Assembly: GCA_000091205.1 (NCBI GenBank)
Contig: AP006501.2
Length of the DNA stretch: 64,000 nucleotides
Strand: one strand, 5' to 3'
Source: Cyanidioschyzon merolae
Lineage: Eukaryota
Positions 11,336 through 23,325 of the stretch are shown in pieces (the stretch's first letter is position 1; each line of letters starts with the position of its first letter). A model generated the notes under the pieces. It saw nothing but the letters and a program-made list of their open reading frames with translations. It did not search any database and had not been told where the DNA came from. A program made the position numbers and the translations under genes.

Positions 11336-13744
11336 TTATAAACGTATTTGCGCACCGGCAACCGTGTCAACATCGCGAGCACCAAGCCCTAGCGATTCCA
11401 GTATTTCTTGACGAACGGTAGCGTCCCCGCAGGCGTCCAGGATGCCTCGGAGGCAGTGCCTATCCCGCGCACGTCTGACCGGGTCGAAGCCACTGAGGGA
11501 CTGGACCATAGACCAGGCCTCCTGCCAGTTTCCGTCTTTCACCAGAGCGTTCGCCAGATATACAACAGCAGCTGCACGGGTTCCTAATCCAACACGGCGG
11601 CGTTCGAGATGTGCATAAAGCTGTCGCGCACGAGCCACATCCGCCTGTGCCGCGGCCATCTCCAGGATCGCCAACACCGTCGATTCGTGGAGTGATCGCT
11701 CGGTCTCTGCATATTCGCCACCATCATCAGTACGATCGCATATCCTGTACTCCTGGACGAAATCCCAGACGATGCCTGCCTGGCGGAGCGCACATCGCGC
11801 CTGGATCACGTACTCCACCGGCGGCAAGGCGTCGGGCGATATCGGAATTTCAGGGACCGGCCCGGACGCAGCGGTTCTTTCTGCCTCGCGCCCGTGCACG
11901 CTTCCCCCAGGATGCTCCTCATTCCGAGTCACGTACGCCTGCTGTAATGAATCCACGACAGCAGACCATTCTTGCATCACTGTGTTGGCCTCGCGGCAGC
12001 TGCCTGCTGAGGCAGCCGTCACATCCGCTGCGCGCTGCCGGTGAACACGCAGCGCCGCCTGTCGGATCGCCTGCAGCGCGTACATCGCCAGCTGCGTGCA
12101 CCAGTGCTCGCGTGTCGGCTTCATCGAAGCGTTTCCCGCGTCCTGCGGATCCGTGCGCGATGCACACGTGTCCGCGGGATCCGTGTGTGCTGTCTGCTGC
12201 CATGCGTGCAGCATCTGCAGCAGGGGCGCGATCTGACCTGCGCTGGATAACGCGGCCGCCACCACACGTTGAACGGATAGCGGTGCGAGCCCGACCTGGG
12301 CGTCATGCATCGCAGACTGCTCTGGTGGCGCTCGTTGACGCATGTATGTCGTCGCTTGGGTATACATCGTCCAGGCAGCGTGTACGTCCCGCCGTCGCAG
12401 GCACGCTTCGATTGCGGAGCGCCAGGTGATCCAGTCTGGCTCGCAGCGTGGTGCAGCGCTCGCGGTGGCAATGCGCGTTGCCGGCGCGCGCATCATCGTG
12501 GTGATGAGCTCGAGCACGCGCTCCACTTGACCTAGGCGCGCCATCGCTTGGGCTGCAATATTGTACACAATGATGTCCAACGTCTCTCCTTTGCGTCTGG
12601 TGAGTAAATCGAAAACTACAAGGACTGCCTGATCGCAGCCGGCTCGCAGCAAGCTCGACATGATGATGGTGTATGCACCGAGGCTGTTCAGGTCGGGTCG
12701 GATGAGGCTCTCAGCTTGCTGAACGCTTGGTTTCCGTAAGAATGCCACGTGGGATGCCCAGGAGTCCTCTTTCCAGATCACTGATGCGCTGTAATCATCT
12801 ACGCTTCGAGGAGCACTGAAACTGCGCAAGATGGCTATAGAGACTGCTCGGCGCAGGGTTCGTGCGTCCATCGAGTCCGATACCGCAGCCTGCGCGTACG
12901 GCTCTGTATCAATTCGTAAACTATTCGCGTTTCCTGGACTGTTTTTTCCTGGAAACTGCCCGTTGGTCAAGTGCGTGGTGTTCGCGGTGCCGCTGGAGAC
13001 CACTCGATCTCCAGGATCCAAGTGTTTTCGGGCAGCGCTCGAAGCACATGTCTGAGGGAGCATCGAAACGACACTTCCCATGCCGAGTTCATGCAAGAAA
13101 GCTTCCACACGTCGCCCGTTGTTCACATCGTTGTTCAGGACACGCTGCACGCGCAAAAGGCATCGACCCAGGTGGAGCGCTTTGTTCAACGAAGGCCCTG
13201 CGGCACGCTGCTGCGCCGACGCAATGAAGAGGCGCAGTGCCTCGCGGGCTTCTTCAAGCCTTGATTCCACTGCAGATACATCCAGCAGGGTCGCTGTACA
13301 CTGTTCAGGTCGTTTGTTCACTGCGTCCGCTGTCGAAGCGTTGCCTGTCGGTTCACGCGCCGAGTCAGACGCCTCCGAAGCCGTCGCCGTCATTAGATGC
13401 GTCCTAGCTTCACCTGGGTTGCGACAAGTCCATAGTCGGTAATATAGGGAAGCGTAGCTTTGCAGAGGTGGCAAATTAGGCTCTCTGATTGTACTAGGGC
13501 CGTTCTCAGTTCCGAAACTCGCGAGATACCGGGGCAGCTTCTTTTCGCGTGCGGCCGCTGCAGCGGCGGCTCTTTGTTTGGGGAACCAGTAACGCTCCAA
13601 CCAGTGCTGGCGCTTTTTATCTCGTTCCTTTCGTCGAAGCTTAGAGTTCGATAGGCGCCCGCGGAACCGAACACCGCCGAGACGAGCGAAGAGCGTCGAA
13701 CACAACCCCTCTTGTGAGTGGAAGGTTTGTAGAAGCCTCTGCAT
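11336..13744 (-). CDS. Helical-repeat protein (PPR/TPR-like), probably organellar RNA-binding
   Basis: The track ORF begins with TTG at 13759; the first ATG is at 13744. Roughly 35-aa helical-hairpin-like repeats recur, e.g. 'AYTIIMSSLLRAGCDQAVLVVFDLL..., VYNIAAQAMARLGQVERVLELITTM, ITWRSAIEACLRRRDVHAAWTMY'. Confidence 0.4.
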   Translation of the reverse strand: MQRLLQTFHSQEGLCSTLFARLGGVRFRGRLSNSKLRRKERDKKRQHWLERYWFPKQRAAAAAAAREKKLPRYLASFGTENGPSTIREPNLPPLQSYASLYYRLWTCRNPGEARTHLMTATASEASDSAREPTGNASTADAVNKRPEQCTATLLDVSAVESRLEEAREALRLFIASAQQRAAGPSLNKALHLGRCLLRVQRVLNNDVNNGRRVEAFLHELGMGSVVSMLPQTCASSAARKHLDPGDRVVSSGTANTTHLTNGQFPGKNSPGNANSLRIDTEPYAQAAVSDSMDARTLRRAVSIAILRSFSAPRSVDDYSASVIWKEDSWASHVAFLRKPSVQQAESLIRPDLNSLGAYTIIMSSLLRAGCDQAVLVVFDLLTRRKGETLDIIVYNIAAQAMARLGQVERVLELITTMMRAPATRIATASAAPRCEPDWITWRSAIEACLRRRDVHAAWTMYTQATTYMRQRAPPEQSAMHDAQVGLAPLSVQRVVAAALSSAGQIAPLLQMLHAWQQTAHTDPADTCASRTDPQDAGNASMKPTREHWCTQLAMYALQAIRQAALRVHRQRAADVTAASAGSCREANTVMQEWSAVVDSLQQAYVTRNEEHPGGSVHGREAERTAASGPVPEIPISPDALPPVEYVIQARCALRQAGIVWDFVQEYRICDRTDDGGEYAETERSLHESTVLAILEMAAAQADVARARQLYAHLERRRVGLGTRAAAVVYLANALVKDGNWQEAWSMVQSLSGFDPVRRARDRHCLRGILDACGDATVRQEILESLGLGARDVDTVAGAQIRL

Positions 13745-15943
13745 CCGAGCGTTCTCCAAGGGCGCTCATGCGACTTGAATCGCTGGAAGCTCGCTGCTCT
13801 GATCCACGAACTTGCACCACAAGTCCTCAGATAGCTTTTAACTTTGCTGAAAACGAAGCAAACGTCTCCAGCACGTAGACGACCGGGAGGTGATATCGAC
13901 CGCTTCGAGCTGTGCGACAGCGCCCTGCAATCTCTAAGCGCCGCAACGGGTTCTGCACAGCTGCAACCTGGCAAGTCGATGTGTTTTGATGTGCAGACAC
14001 GTAAAGCCTCGAGGTTTTGGCCATATTTTACGGATTCAGGAGTGATTTTCATTGTTGAACCAAGTCCTCGTACGAACAAGTCGGCAGCAGTAAGTAAATG
14101 CGCACAACAAGCTAGAGGCACCCAGGGCACCCCTTGCCGGGAAAGAACACGTATTGTGCACCGTCTAGGTCGTCTGCCCTGCCGCAGACCGTGTTGCGCT
14201 GGCTTTTCATGCTGTAACGAGGGATGCGTAGGACTAACCTTCGACTGATATCCGGGAGCCAAGTCGAAAAAGTAGGAATCGAAGCAGCGTGAACCAGCGA
14301 GTTGTTCTGGGGTTCCAGGGTCCTGCAACGAGTCGCTGCTCATCATACTGCCCCGCGTTCCCGTAATTAGCGGTCTCCATCCAGGTTCCTCAAGGCCTGA
14401 AACTCGCTGATATTTTCCGAACTCAGATCCCGGATACTTGAGGTTGAACGGTGGCGTCGGTCAGCAGATAGCTTGCGTTGAACATCATAGACGCAACCCG
14501 CGGCACAAGCGTTTGCCAGTGCGGCAGGCAGCACGTAGAGCTCCCCGTGTGCACAGTGTTCCTGGTGTCCGTACTCCTCTACATGGTGTCTGCGAGTCGC
14601 ATGCGTAAGCACGCCGTCCTGAAAAGTCATGGGATGTATCGCATATCGGATGATATCTCCGTCCGGCGTGTGTGCACAGAGGGATCTTCTACGAGCACCT
14701 AACACGTGCAGTTGCAGAGAACGTTGCGTGCACCTTGGAGCGACGTATTGAAGCACGTGTATCGCTCTAGAACGTGCACTTTCTAGAGGAAGCGTGGGCT
14801 GTTTTGGAACCATGAAGCTCTAATTATGATGGTGCTGATCGACTCTGTCGAGCGACTCAGAGGTAGGCCTCGATTTCGTGCTGGAAACCTGAAACGGATG
14901 ACATCCGCACGGCATCGTAATGATCCAGCTGGTCCGTGGAAGGGTACGGCAAAGCCTTTGTTGTGTCTCCGCACGACACTCGTAGCGGCGTGTTTTGTAG
15001 CCAAACCAGCACCCGCGGTGTGCTCGGCTTTCGAAGAGTCACTGGCTCTACCAGGTCTCTATCCCCAGCGTGGAGACTGGTCTAGAACTAGTGTGAATCG
15101 AAACTATCGGTGAAGGAGCTGAGTTTGCTTTCCCGGTTGCCGGCGTTCAGTACTGGAGCATCCAGGAGGACCTGCTTCGATCCAGCGATGTCACACCATT
15201 ACAAACCGTTTCCTGAATATCAGCTTCGAAGCTATGTGCACCTGCCGCGAACGACTTGCGCTGGAGACCATGGTGTGCGTGATCCGCGTCCAGTTCAGCA
15301 CGGAGCACCGACAAAAGCTGCCGCCACTAGCGTATGCGTTCCAGCGTCAATCATCGTCGATGACGTTCTTTTCGGAAGCATTGCAACGATAAAATAGGCT
15401 TGGCGTCGTCTGATTCGGCGCTTCCTGCAAAAGCTCATCGTCGCTTGAGGCGACCAGCATCCCGTGATGCACTGGAATCCTTGTATGCGTCACTGCAAGC
15501 ACTGGACACTTCATAGGAATCCGCTTGAACAGGGTCAGCCGATTCCGCGTTCCACTGAGCTCCTGAGCAAGGTTGCGAGTCGGTTTACAGATCTCTAAAA
15601 GACGAAGCATACCAAGCCGTGGTCACAAGAGCTCTACAATACAGCAAGAATCTCCGTGGCTCCTGTCCTTCTATGCAATGATACCAAACGAAACATCGAA
15701 AAGGCCGTTGCCACGGAGCGAACGCAAAGCTGCGGCGGGCGCTCGCCACGCAAGATCCGCTCAGGTGCCTTGACTCGTTTGGAGGCGCCCTCTGACGCCT
15801 GTTCCAACTAACGGCGCTGTCCAGCCAGCATCGTTCCATCTCCATTTTTGGGTCGATCACAACTGCACGCGAGATCAGCCAGGCCTGAAGGCATGACAAC
15901 CGCGTGTCCACAATAATCGTGCCCGTGTAGCCCATGGGCACGT

Positions 15944-16894
15944 TCAAAGGATTGCCGATTTGCAGACCGGGCACCGCGCTTTTTGCCGAAGCCAGGGATC
16001 AATGCACTGCTGATGATACTGATGAAGGCACGGTAATACTCGAATCCGTTCCTCAGGTAGAAAGAAATCTAAACAAACAACACAAACTGATGTGGTATCA
16101 TCTGGTTCGGTTCGCTCCTCCTCGGACTGCAGTTTGCAACTCGATGAAGCTGGCTTGTTCGCGTCCGAGTCCGCGGTCTCGGCGGGCTTCAGGAGCGATG
16201 CCGTGTCGGTTTGTGTGGCGGCGGGTTCAGCGTGAGCCCCTGCCGTCGTCGGCTCCGTCGGTGACGCCGCTTCCGTCCGTGTTGTCAGGTTCTCATGATT
16301 GTCCATTAGTTTGGAGCGCTTGCTCTCGGATGTGGCACTTCCCCGTTGCATCCATTCCTTATACGTAAAACAAGGAAGTAGGTCTATGGCATCTTGGGGC
16401 GCCCCGTGCAAAAACTCTTGCATAGCCGCTGCACCGGAGTCCAGTTCTAGGAGCAATTCGTAGTCTTGTGGAGTGAAATCACGGTCTACGAGTGACAGGC
16501 GCTGCATGATCTGGATGTACCTTAACTCCTGGGGAGACAAGAGGTGACGCGGCGGCGTCTCCAGGGCGACACGCCAACGCCAGCCGTTCGCTTGTCGCCG
16601 TGCTGTGCGCGCTCGTCGTCGCACCGCGCTGCTGGTGCCCCAACGCCCGCTCCCAGGGCCCCTGTAGCTCGCGTAAAAACGCACAAGCGCGCCGGCCAGA
16701 AAAATGACGAGTCCCAAGAGCGCCGTCAGCTGCACGTCACGGTCTAAGAATATCGGTATAAACGAGAGCGCTGCCAGCACCAGGAAAATACCCGACACCA
16801 GCAAGCGAGCCTTTCTCACCTGATCCACGAGGAGGCTGTACTCATCTACCACGGTGCCGTGTAACGCCAGCAACGTGCAGTGGCTCTGACTCAC
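15944..16894 (-). CDS. Membrane-associated RING-H2 finger E3 ubiquitin ligase
   Basis: The C-terminal 'CVVCLDFFLPEERIRVLPCLHQYHQQCIDPWLRQKARCPVCKSAIL' is a canonical C3H2C3 RING-H2. The N-terminal half has hydrophobic TM-like segments. The track start is GTG, so the true start is uncertain. Confidence 0.75.
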   Translation of the reverse strand: MSQSHCTLLALHGTVVDEYSLLVDQVRKARLLVSGIFLVLAALSFIPIFLDRDVQLTALLGLVIFLAGALVRFYASYRGPGSGRWGTSSAVRRRARTARRQANGWRWRVALETPPRHLLSPQELRYIQIMQRLSLVDRDFTPQDYELLLELDSGAAAMQEFLHGAPQDAIDLLPCFTYKEWMQRGSATSESKRSKLMDNHENLTTRTEAASPTEPTTAGAHAEPAATQTDTASLLKPAETADSDANKPASSSCKLQSEEERTEPDDTTSVCVVCLDFFLPEERIRVLPCLHQYHQQCIDPWLRQKARCPVCKSAIL

Positions 16895-17499
16895 GCCTCG
16901 CCGTCAGCTGGTGTGCGTAGCCGTTGCCGCTTAGGCCCCAACGGTTCGCCCGTGCGTTGTCCACAAAAGGTCCCCAGTCACCGCCGTTTCCAAGCTGGCC
17001 GTTCTGCCAACGATTTCGCTCTGTGCCGACATCATCCATCTTTGACGAAGGTGAAGCGATACTCCACGCTGCGCAATACAACTGCTCGCCCCGTCAGCCG
17101 CAACCTTCGGGAGACACGCACGCACACCCCCCCAACTGACGCCTACACACGCACGCTCGAACGGAATCGAGATCATCATGCGTGCCGGTGTGCGCAGCAG
17201 CAGCCGGCGCGCGATGCCTTGTCCGAATCACCCAGGCGTCAGCGACGCTTCCGCCTTCGCCGCCTGCTGATCAGCGCAAATGGCGCTTGGCAATGTGGCG
17301 AGGGGGCGGCAGCGGCGCTGTTTTTGCGCCCCTGTGCAGTAGCGCGCTCCTGCCTGGGCGCAACCGCTCAACGGATCGCGGTGTACGCCAGCGCGTGCAC
17401 GATGATACGGAGCGCGCTTCTCGCCTTTCAACTCAATGACGTTCCACATCAAGGTACGTGTCGTCAAATGCTTTTCGCAGTTTGCAGCAGGTGTGTTCG

Positions 17500-17950
17500 A
17501 AGTATGTTCAACTAAAGCAATAAAAATTCAAGTGGGGGTTATGGGCATGGTAGTTAGGGGTTTCGGAGAGCTCTCCATGCCACGTCCGATGAAAACAAAT
17601 CAAAAAAATTTTCTTCTTGCTGATCATCGGGCGAACGAAAGCAAGTGATGAAGAAGCAGAAGACGAGGAGATATGGGCGAGAAAAGGAGTTTGCCCGACG
17701 AGACAATGCCGAGGTTGTATTGATACAGAGGGCGTGAGTAAGAGGAATGCTTGCATTGTTGACTTCCGCCAGCGGCAATGTACGCGAGGAGCTTATGAAA
17801 CGAGAGTTCAATGCTGGTATCAGTATAAGATGAATTGTGTTGCTGGAGACGGAACCCGAGGCGCTGACGCGAGCCGCCTTTGTAAGGTAACCTCTCAGCG
17901 TCGAAGTGTGCCTGGATAAACTGTAGCGGATACCAGGCAGTCGGTCAAAA
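17500..17950 (+). pseudogene. Degenerate Fanzor (TnpB-like) 3'-terminal fragment
   Basis: Across frames it reads 'FARRDNAEVV...LLALLTSASGNVREELMKREFNAGISIRRIVLL...FVRQPLSVEV'. This is homologous to the RuvC-III / C-terminal region of the other copies ('EFVNRDVNAAI...VRQPLRLEVY'). The upstream ~120 bp aligns at nucleotide level with 38960-39080. Confidence 0.6.
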
Positions 17951-18696
17951 AAGGCTGGGAGGCGTCGAAAAGTGGGTGAATAGATATACCCCCATGGTCG
18001 TGACACATTGTTCGTTGTGCTCACCACGTATGTAGATGCTGGTGCGAGCACCGTATGCTATGGCAACAGGGTAATGCTTTCCTATGAGAACGGGCCCTGG
18101 GTCCTTTGGCTCCGATGCCGTCTCGTGCATGCCCGTATGCATCGCATCACGCTCGGCAGCGTGATCGACGAGCCCGTTTGGAGCATGTCACACGTGTGTC
18201 TCGGTGCGGTATAATTTCGGAACTCTCGAATCACCGGTAGAGTCTTTATTGTACTAGAGCTCGCTTTAGCGGCACGACAGACTCGAATGCGTGACGCGTT
18301 GGCGGCCGTCAGAGCGCCACTAAGGGCTGTGGTGGCTCGGCTATCTTGCCCCGGCACATGGACATATTATTCCGTTTCCCCATCATAATCACCAGAGCCG
18401 CATGTTCCATGTCCATCCATACTGCCTGCTCAGATTGCTGCTCAACCGACTACGCTTGTATGGCATACGCATTAGGCCATCGAAGCCAATAGGCGCTTGA
18501 GACTAGAACGCAACAGCTGCAGCCATGCATAGTTGCCTCCTCGTGCGGCTGGCGCCCGCTAATGTTTGCGTTTGCGCAGTCTCATACAAGCGCGGCCTTC
18601 GTCACGTCAACAAAATGAGTCTTATTCGGCACCAGGTGGCGTAGTCGAGCGGTCTCCATCTGAGCATGCGATCGCCACGCACACCTGCAACGACCG

Positions 18697-18912
18697 CCGC
18701 TGTATCGATGGCGAGCTTAGTTTTCCTGGTTCAATGCATCCATCCGACACCATCTAAAACAACCAGCACCGCTGTATCGATAGCGAGCTTAGTTTTCCTG
18801 GCTCAATGCATCTATCCTACACCATCTAAAGCGATCAACACCGCTGGATCGATGGCGACTTTGGATTTCCTGGCTCAATGCATCTATCCGACACCATATA
18901 TGGCGAGCAACG
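18697..18912. repeat. Minisatellite, 3 tandem copies of a ~72-bp unit
   Basis: 'caccgc(cg)ctgtatcgatggcgagcttagttttcctggytcaatgcatcyatccgacaccatctaaa...' appears three times in tandem. Confidence 0.85.
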
Positions 18913-19210
18913 CCTCTGCATACCTGGAGTCTCTAGCAGTGTACACGCTTCCCTGAAGCAGGCTCATCGCGTGAGCCGGCCCCGACCAGCACCCAGTCCA
19001 GACAACGCGATCGTCGAAACGGATGATAGCTGCAGCTGTAGCAGTGGCAGTAGCAGCTGTGCGTTCGCGTAACCAGCTGCCCTATCCCGGAGCGGCCGCT
19101 CGTAGACGCGAACACACGCGCTGCCGTCGATGCCCGGCGGCGGGGCTGCGCTGGGCAGCGCGTATCGACAACGACGGACGCTTTTGTCGAGCGTCTTTAG
19201 CTATAGTGCG

Positions 19211-19256
19211 ACTACTACTACTGTTGCTGCTGCTGCTGCCGCTGGTGGTGGTGGTG
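19211..19256. repeat. Compound trinucleotide microsatellite (CTA)n(CTG)n(GTG)n
   Basis: ctactactactgttgctgctgctgctgccgctggtggtggtggtg. Confidence 0.8.
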
Positions 19257-19320
19257 CTATCATACACAGGTTGTTGAGCTACTGGTTGAGCTTGTTGCTA
19301 CGCAACGAACAGCGTTTATC

Positions 19321-20787
19321 ATGAGAGACGCATTGTACCTCGCTTTCGTAGCGCCTTTTCTACAAAAACAGTCGACGCGTAGGTTTACCGGCTTGAAGGT
19401 CAACGGTGCGTCGTCCGCGAATCAAATGTGGACCTGGAGCCGAACCACGGGACTAGAAGGACCTTCCTGCAGAGGCCAGCAAGCCTTGCCGTTTCAAATG
19501 ACAACCGCGCCTGAGACGTCCAAGGTTTCCACGCGCAGTGTTCCGGGTTGGACTGTGAGCGGGTCTACAGACGACGTCATCGAGTTACTCGTTCCTGAGG
19601 CAATGCGCCCTGAACTCGAGGCCGAAGCACGAACGTTGCCGCGCGTTGTGCTGACCGAGGAGACCGACCTGCAGTGGCTTCACGTACTGAGCGAGGGCTG
19701 GGCATCGCCCCTGCGCGGCTATATGCGCGAAGAGGAGTATCTGCAGTGCCTTCATTTCAATTGCTTGCGTTCTACGAGCGGAACTCTATACAACCAGTCT
19801 GTGGCAATTGTGCTCACGGTAGACGATGCCCAGCGACAGGCCATTGAAGCCAGCGGGCGGAACGCTATTTGCATTACATGGCACGAACGGCCTGAGGAGC
19901 CCCTTGCTATTCTCCGGAACCCAGAGTTCTACGTTCACAACAAGGAGGAGCGCTGCGCGCGACAACTCGGGACGACGCACCCCAAACATCCCTATGCAGA
20001 AGTCATCTATCGTTCAGGAAACTGGCTCGTAGGCGGTGACTTGCAAGTCCTCAAGCGCATCAAGTACAACGATGGTCTGGATGCATACCGCTTGACTCCG
20101 AAAGAACTTCGTCGTGAGTTCCACAAACGCGGTGCCGACGCTGTTTTTGTGTTTCAGCTGCGGAACCCGATCCATAATGGACACGCGCTGCTCATGACGA
20201 GCTGCCGTGAAGACCTCCTGCGTCGTGGCTACCGCAACCCGATTCTACTGGTGCACCAGATTGGTGGTCGCGTCAAGGCCGACGACGTACCGCTTCGAGA
20301 ACGCATCCTACAGAACCAGGAAGTGATCGCCGAGGGCATTCTTGATCCAGAATCCACCATGCTCGGGATTTTCCCTAGTCCTATGATGTACGCAGGCCCA
20401 ACCGAGGTGCAATGGCACGCCAAAGCTCGCATGAATGCAGGTTGCCAGTTTTACATCGTTGGTCGGGACCCAGCTGGGGTCAAGCACCCTGATGGCGATC
20501 GCGACCTCTACGATCCATGGCACGGGAAGAAAGTGCTCCTGAGCGCGCTCGGGCTCGAACGACTCGAGATCCTCCCGTTTCGAGTGGCGGCCTACGACAA
20601 AAAGATCGGGAAAATGGCGTTTTTCGATCCATCGAGAGCAGACGACTTTCTGTTCATCTCGGGTACTAAAATGCGGGCGTTTGCCGCACGCGGGGAATCA
20701 CCACCTGACGGATTCATGGGTGTGCGTGCGTGGAAGGTGCTCGAAAACTATTACGCACAAAAACGAGAAGCGCAGGGGTCCTCTTGA
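19321..20787 (+). CDS. ATP sulfurylase (sulfate adenylyltransferase), with an N-terminal extension of ~100 aa
   Basis: 'FQLRNPIHNGHALLM' matches the QTRNPxHxxH active-site motif. 'GRDPAG' and the C-terminal PUA-like region are also present. ATG at 19321; the N-terminal extension could be a targeting peptide. Confidence 0.85.
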   Translation: MRDALYLAFVAPFLQKQSTRRFTGLKVNGASSANQMWTWSRTTGLEGPSCRGQQALPFQMTTAPETSKVSTRSVPGWTVSGSTDDVIELLVPEAMRPELEAEARTLPRVVLTEETDLQWLHVLSEGWASPLRGYMREEEYLQCLHFNCLRSTSGTLYNQSVAIVLTVDDAQRQAIEASGRNAICITWHERPEEPLAILRNPEFYVHNKEERCARQLGTTHPKHPYAEVIYRSGNWLVGGDLQVLKRIKYNDGLDAYRLTPKELRREFHKRGADAVFVFQLRNPIHNGHALLMTSCREDLLRRGYRNPILLVHQIGGRVKADDVPLRERILQNQEVIAEGILDPESTMLGIFPSPMMYAGPTEVQWHAKARMNAGCQFYIVGRDPAGVKHPDGDRDLYDPWHGKKVLLSALGLERLEILPFRVAAYDKKIGKMAFFDPSRADDFLFISGTKMRAFAARGESPPDGFMGVRAWKVLENYYAQKREAQGSS

Positions 20788-20886
20788 CAAATCAAAAGCC
20801 CTTAGAGACCTCTTGTTAGGCACTTGGCAACGCCTTTTCGAACCAACAGTTAGTATCCGCAGCTCGGGGAACGTTCATGCACGCTG

Positions 20887-20960
20887 TGGGTCGGATATGA
20901 GCAACGAAATAGCGCTGCTTCTGCTGCGGGTGCTTCTGCTGCGGGTGCTTCTGCTGCGGG
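20887..20960. repeat. 18-bp tandem repeat (ctgctgcgggtgcttctg) x ~3.5
   Basis: Direct reading; it begins ~100 bp after the ATP sulfurylase stop. Confidence 0.85.
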
Positions 20961-23325
20961 TGCTTCTGCTGCTCCATCGTAGCCTTGCTAAGCGTCTGTG
21001 CATATGCACTCAGGGGAAAAAATTCGGCTGGCAACGTGCTCCCTCAAACGTGAATCTGCCGTCCAGAGCTTTGCTGGTCGCCTAACAGCATTAGGCAAGA
21101 ATGTTGCTTTATTTGAGAGCATATCGATGGTGAGAACCCTCGACTCGACGATAGGCTCTTCAAGATGAGGTCGTCCAGCGCAACATAGCGCCATAGCGCG
21201 CACGCCAGCGTTCGTACCCGATCAGGAGTACCTCGAAAGGCCCTGGCGCTCCCCGAAAAGAATGACCGAATAACGCGTACTAGCGCTGGTTGGCCGTATC
21301 GATCGCACGGGAGTGAACCGTTTGCGTCGTAAGCCCCTGGTGCATCGCAGTCGCGAGCCTGACGGGCACAAGTCCCTTGCGAACACCGGTGGCAGATAGT
21401 CGAGGCACCAGCTCCGTCGACGAAGGCGCTAGCAGCGAAGCAGGACCAGGGGTTTCCTGGTTAAGTTCATCGGTTCTGGACCATGAAAAAGCAAAGCAGC
21501 AGGGTAAACTGGCTATCGCGGAATCCCGCCATACTTTACTCAGTGACGGCTAGGCTACCCAACGCAACATCTTTCGCCAAGACGCGGTCTCACAACGCGG
21601 TGCGCTCTGCAAGCACATCCTGCAGGTCTCGCTCCGAGTCCGTGCTTAGACTGTTATTGCACCCAAACTTTTCAGTGACTCTATCCTTAGGTGCTGAATT
21701 TACGGCAAGCATCCCCGTGACGCAGTGCGTTGCCCCCGACCGCGACACAGGCGCGGTGGCTGGCCAGTGAACAGTCAGCTAGTACCAAAACTTCGCTGAG
21801 TACTCGACATCACCCGCGTTAGAACGAAATGGTTCGGGTCGACTCGGCGAACTCACGTGTAAACAGTAGAATGTGCATTCCTTCCTACTGTCATCAACAC
21901 CAGGCCTTGCGTACGTTTTCTCGTATTGCTTTCTTTTCCTCTCTCTTTCATTCCCGTCTTTAGATACGCCCGTTGGCCCGTCTCTCAAGCTCTGTTGTCA
22001 GGAGTCATAGGATGTTCGTGACAGCTTCCAACTGCCATTTTCATAGCTTGTGGCTGTTGTCGATGCATTGCATGCCATGCTGTACATAGCCATCTATGCT
22101 TCACTTGCAATTTTTACCTTATTGCGGACAGTGTCGGTGCTTCCCTCGATGCGGTTACACTCGACAGCTTTCAGATGCACCGATATATCCACAAAATCAT
22201 CTGTTCTGATTACCGCCCTGTGCCGCATAAGCGTTTGCTTCAGCGCTCTCTTCATAGCCTTGATGGCTGCAGAAGTTTTTTTCAATACCCTCCTCCGTTC
22301 CCGCGCCCAATACCGTAGCGTTATATCACGAAAGCGTTCCGGGCGATCACTCGTCGAGTGTTCTGTTCGCTCTGCAGGCACACGTGCGTTGTTCCATTTG
22401 AGGAAGGATTTGTGGAACGCGATGTTGATCATGATGAAATAAGTACTGTATTGGAAATCCAGAGTGGAGATCAAGGTGAGTAACTTCGATCCGTCTATGC
22501 TCGCTTCTTGTAGAGTGCTGACGAACGCTTCACAGGAGGCAATCGCTCGGATGACTTGAGTCCGAACCCAAGACCATTCGCCATGCAAACATAAAAGACG
22601 TGTGCCTCCAGAGCATATCCGGTAGAAATTATCACGCTTCTGTCAAATAATGCTTCCACAATGGTCACAAGGAGAGGAGGATTTGTGTTTAGACCGGACT
22701 CGATAATTTGATGCGAAAGATTCAGTGCTCTTCCTGTATGACATTAAGAAGAAATCTTCAAGGAACGAGGAGCAGTCTTTTTCGCATCAATCCAGCGGCG
22801 CGAATTCCAGCGCCACGAATTGCCTCAGAAACATCGAGAACATGGCTAGAGTGTGATTTGAGCAAACTCCTCGTAATGAATGATGAAGCTTGGAGGCTTG
22901 TTCGTATCAGTTGGACGATCAAATCGGTTACACTACGAATCCTTGTTCAAATACATCGCGAGTTATTTGGATCCAGGTGGCGTAATGATGTCAACGGCAA
23001 AGAGTCAAAGAAGCGACGCCCAAAAGGTGACCCAGAATCCCCAAGCTACATATAAGTGCTATAGTCCGCATTGCAGCAAGTTGAATCTCGAGACTCTACA
23101 CCTAAAAAGAGTTCGGCAAATGTCGAAATGCAAGAGCAGATCGAGTACTTCAGTGTTCCATTTCGACCCGACACGGGTGTGGAATCCATCACGCACAGCG
23201 AATGCCGCAAACCTACTCCACGCTGCACATGTAGACCGCTACCACCAACCTCAGTACGAGGCCTACGTGCGCCCTCTTTCAACGGCATATCCATAATCCG
23301 CTCAGGACGGTTTCATCCGCGCTTT

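Noticed and set aside
11611-12429. 272-aa plus-strand ORF rich in Pro/Arg/Ala
   Set aside because: It lies entirely antisense within the 807-aa PPR/TPR-like gene. This is a typical GC-rich antisense artefact.
13393-14346. 317-aa ORF on the minus strand
   Set aside because: No domain resemblance and an odd composition. It partly overlaps the 5' end of the PPR-like gene region and is flanked by numerous overlapping ORFs on other frames. It is likely spurious.
18625-18700. tRNA-like D-loop string 'ggtggcgtagtcgagcggtct' (resembles tRNA-Ser/Leu 'GCCGAGCGGT')
   Set aside because: No acceptor stem, anticodon arm or T-loop (GTTCGAATC-like) can be formed from the surrounding sequence.
18697-18912. 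CRISPR-like array
   Set aside because: The units are directly adjacent with no unique spacers, and the genome is eukaryotic. It is an ordinary minisatellite.
22094-22588. 164-aa minus-strand ORF in the lower-GC patch 21800-23300
   Set aside because: No recognisable domain. It may be a decayed element or lineage-specific gene, with insufficient evidence to annotate.
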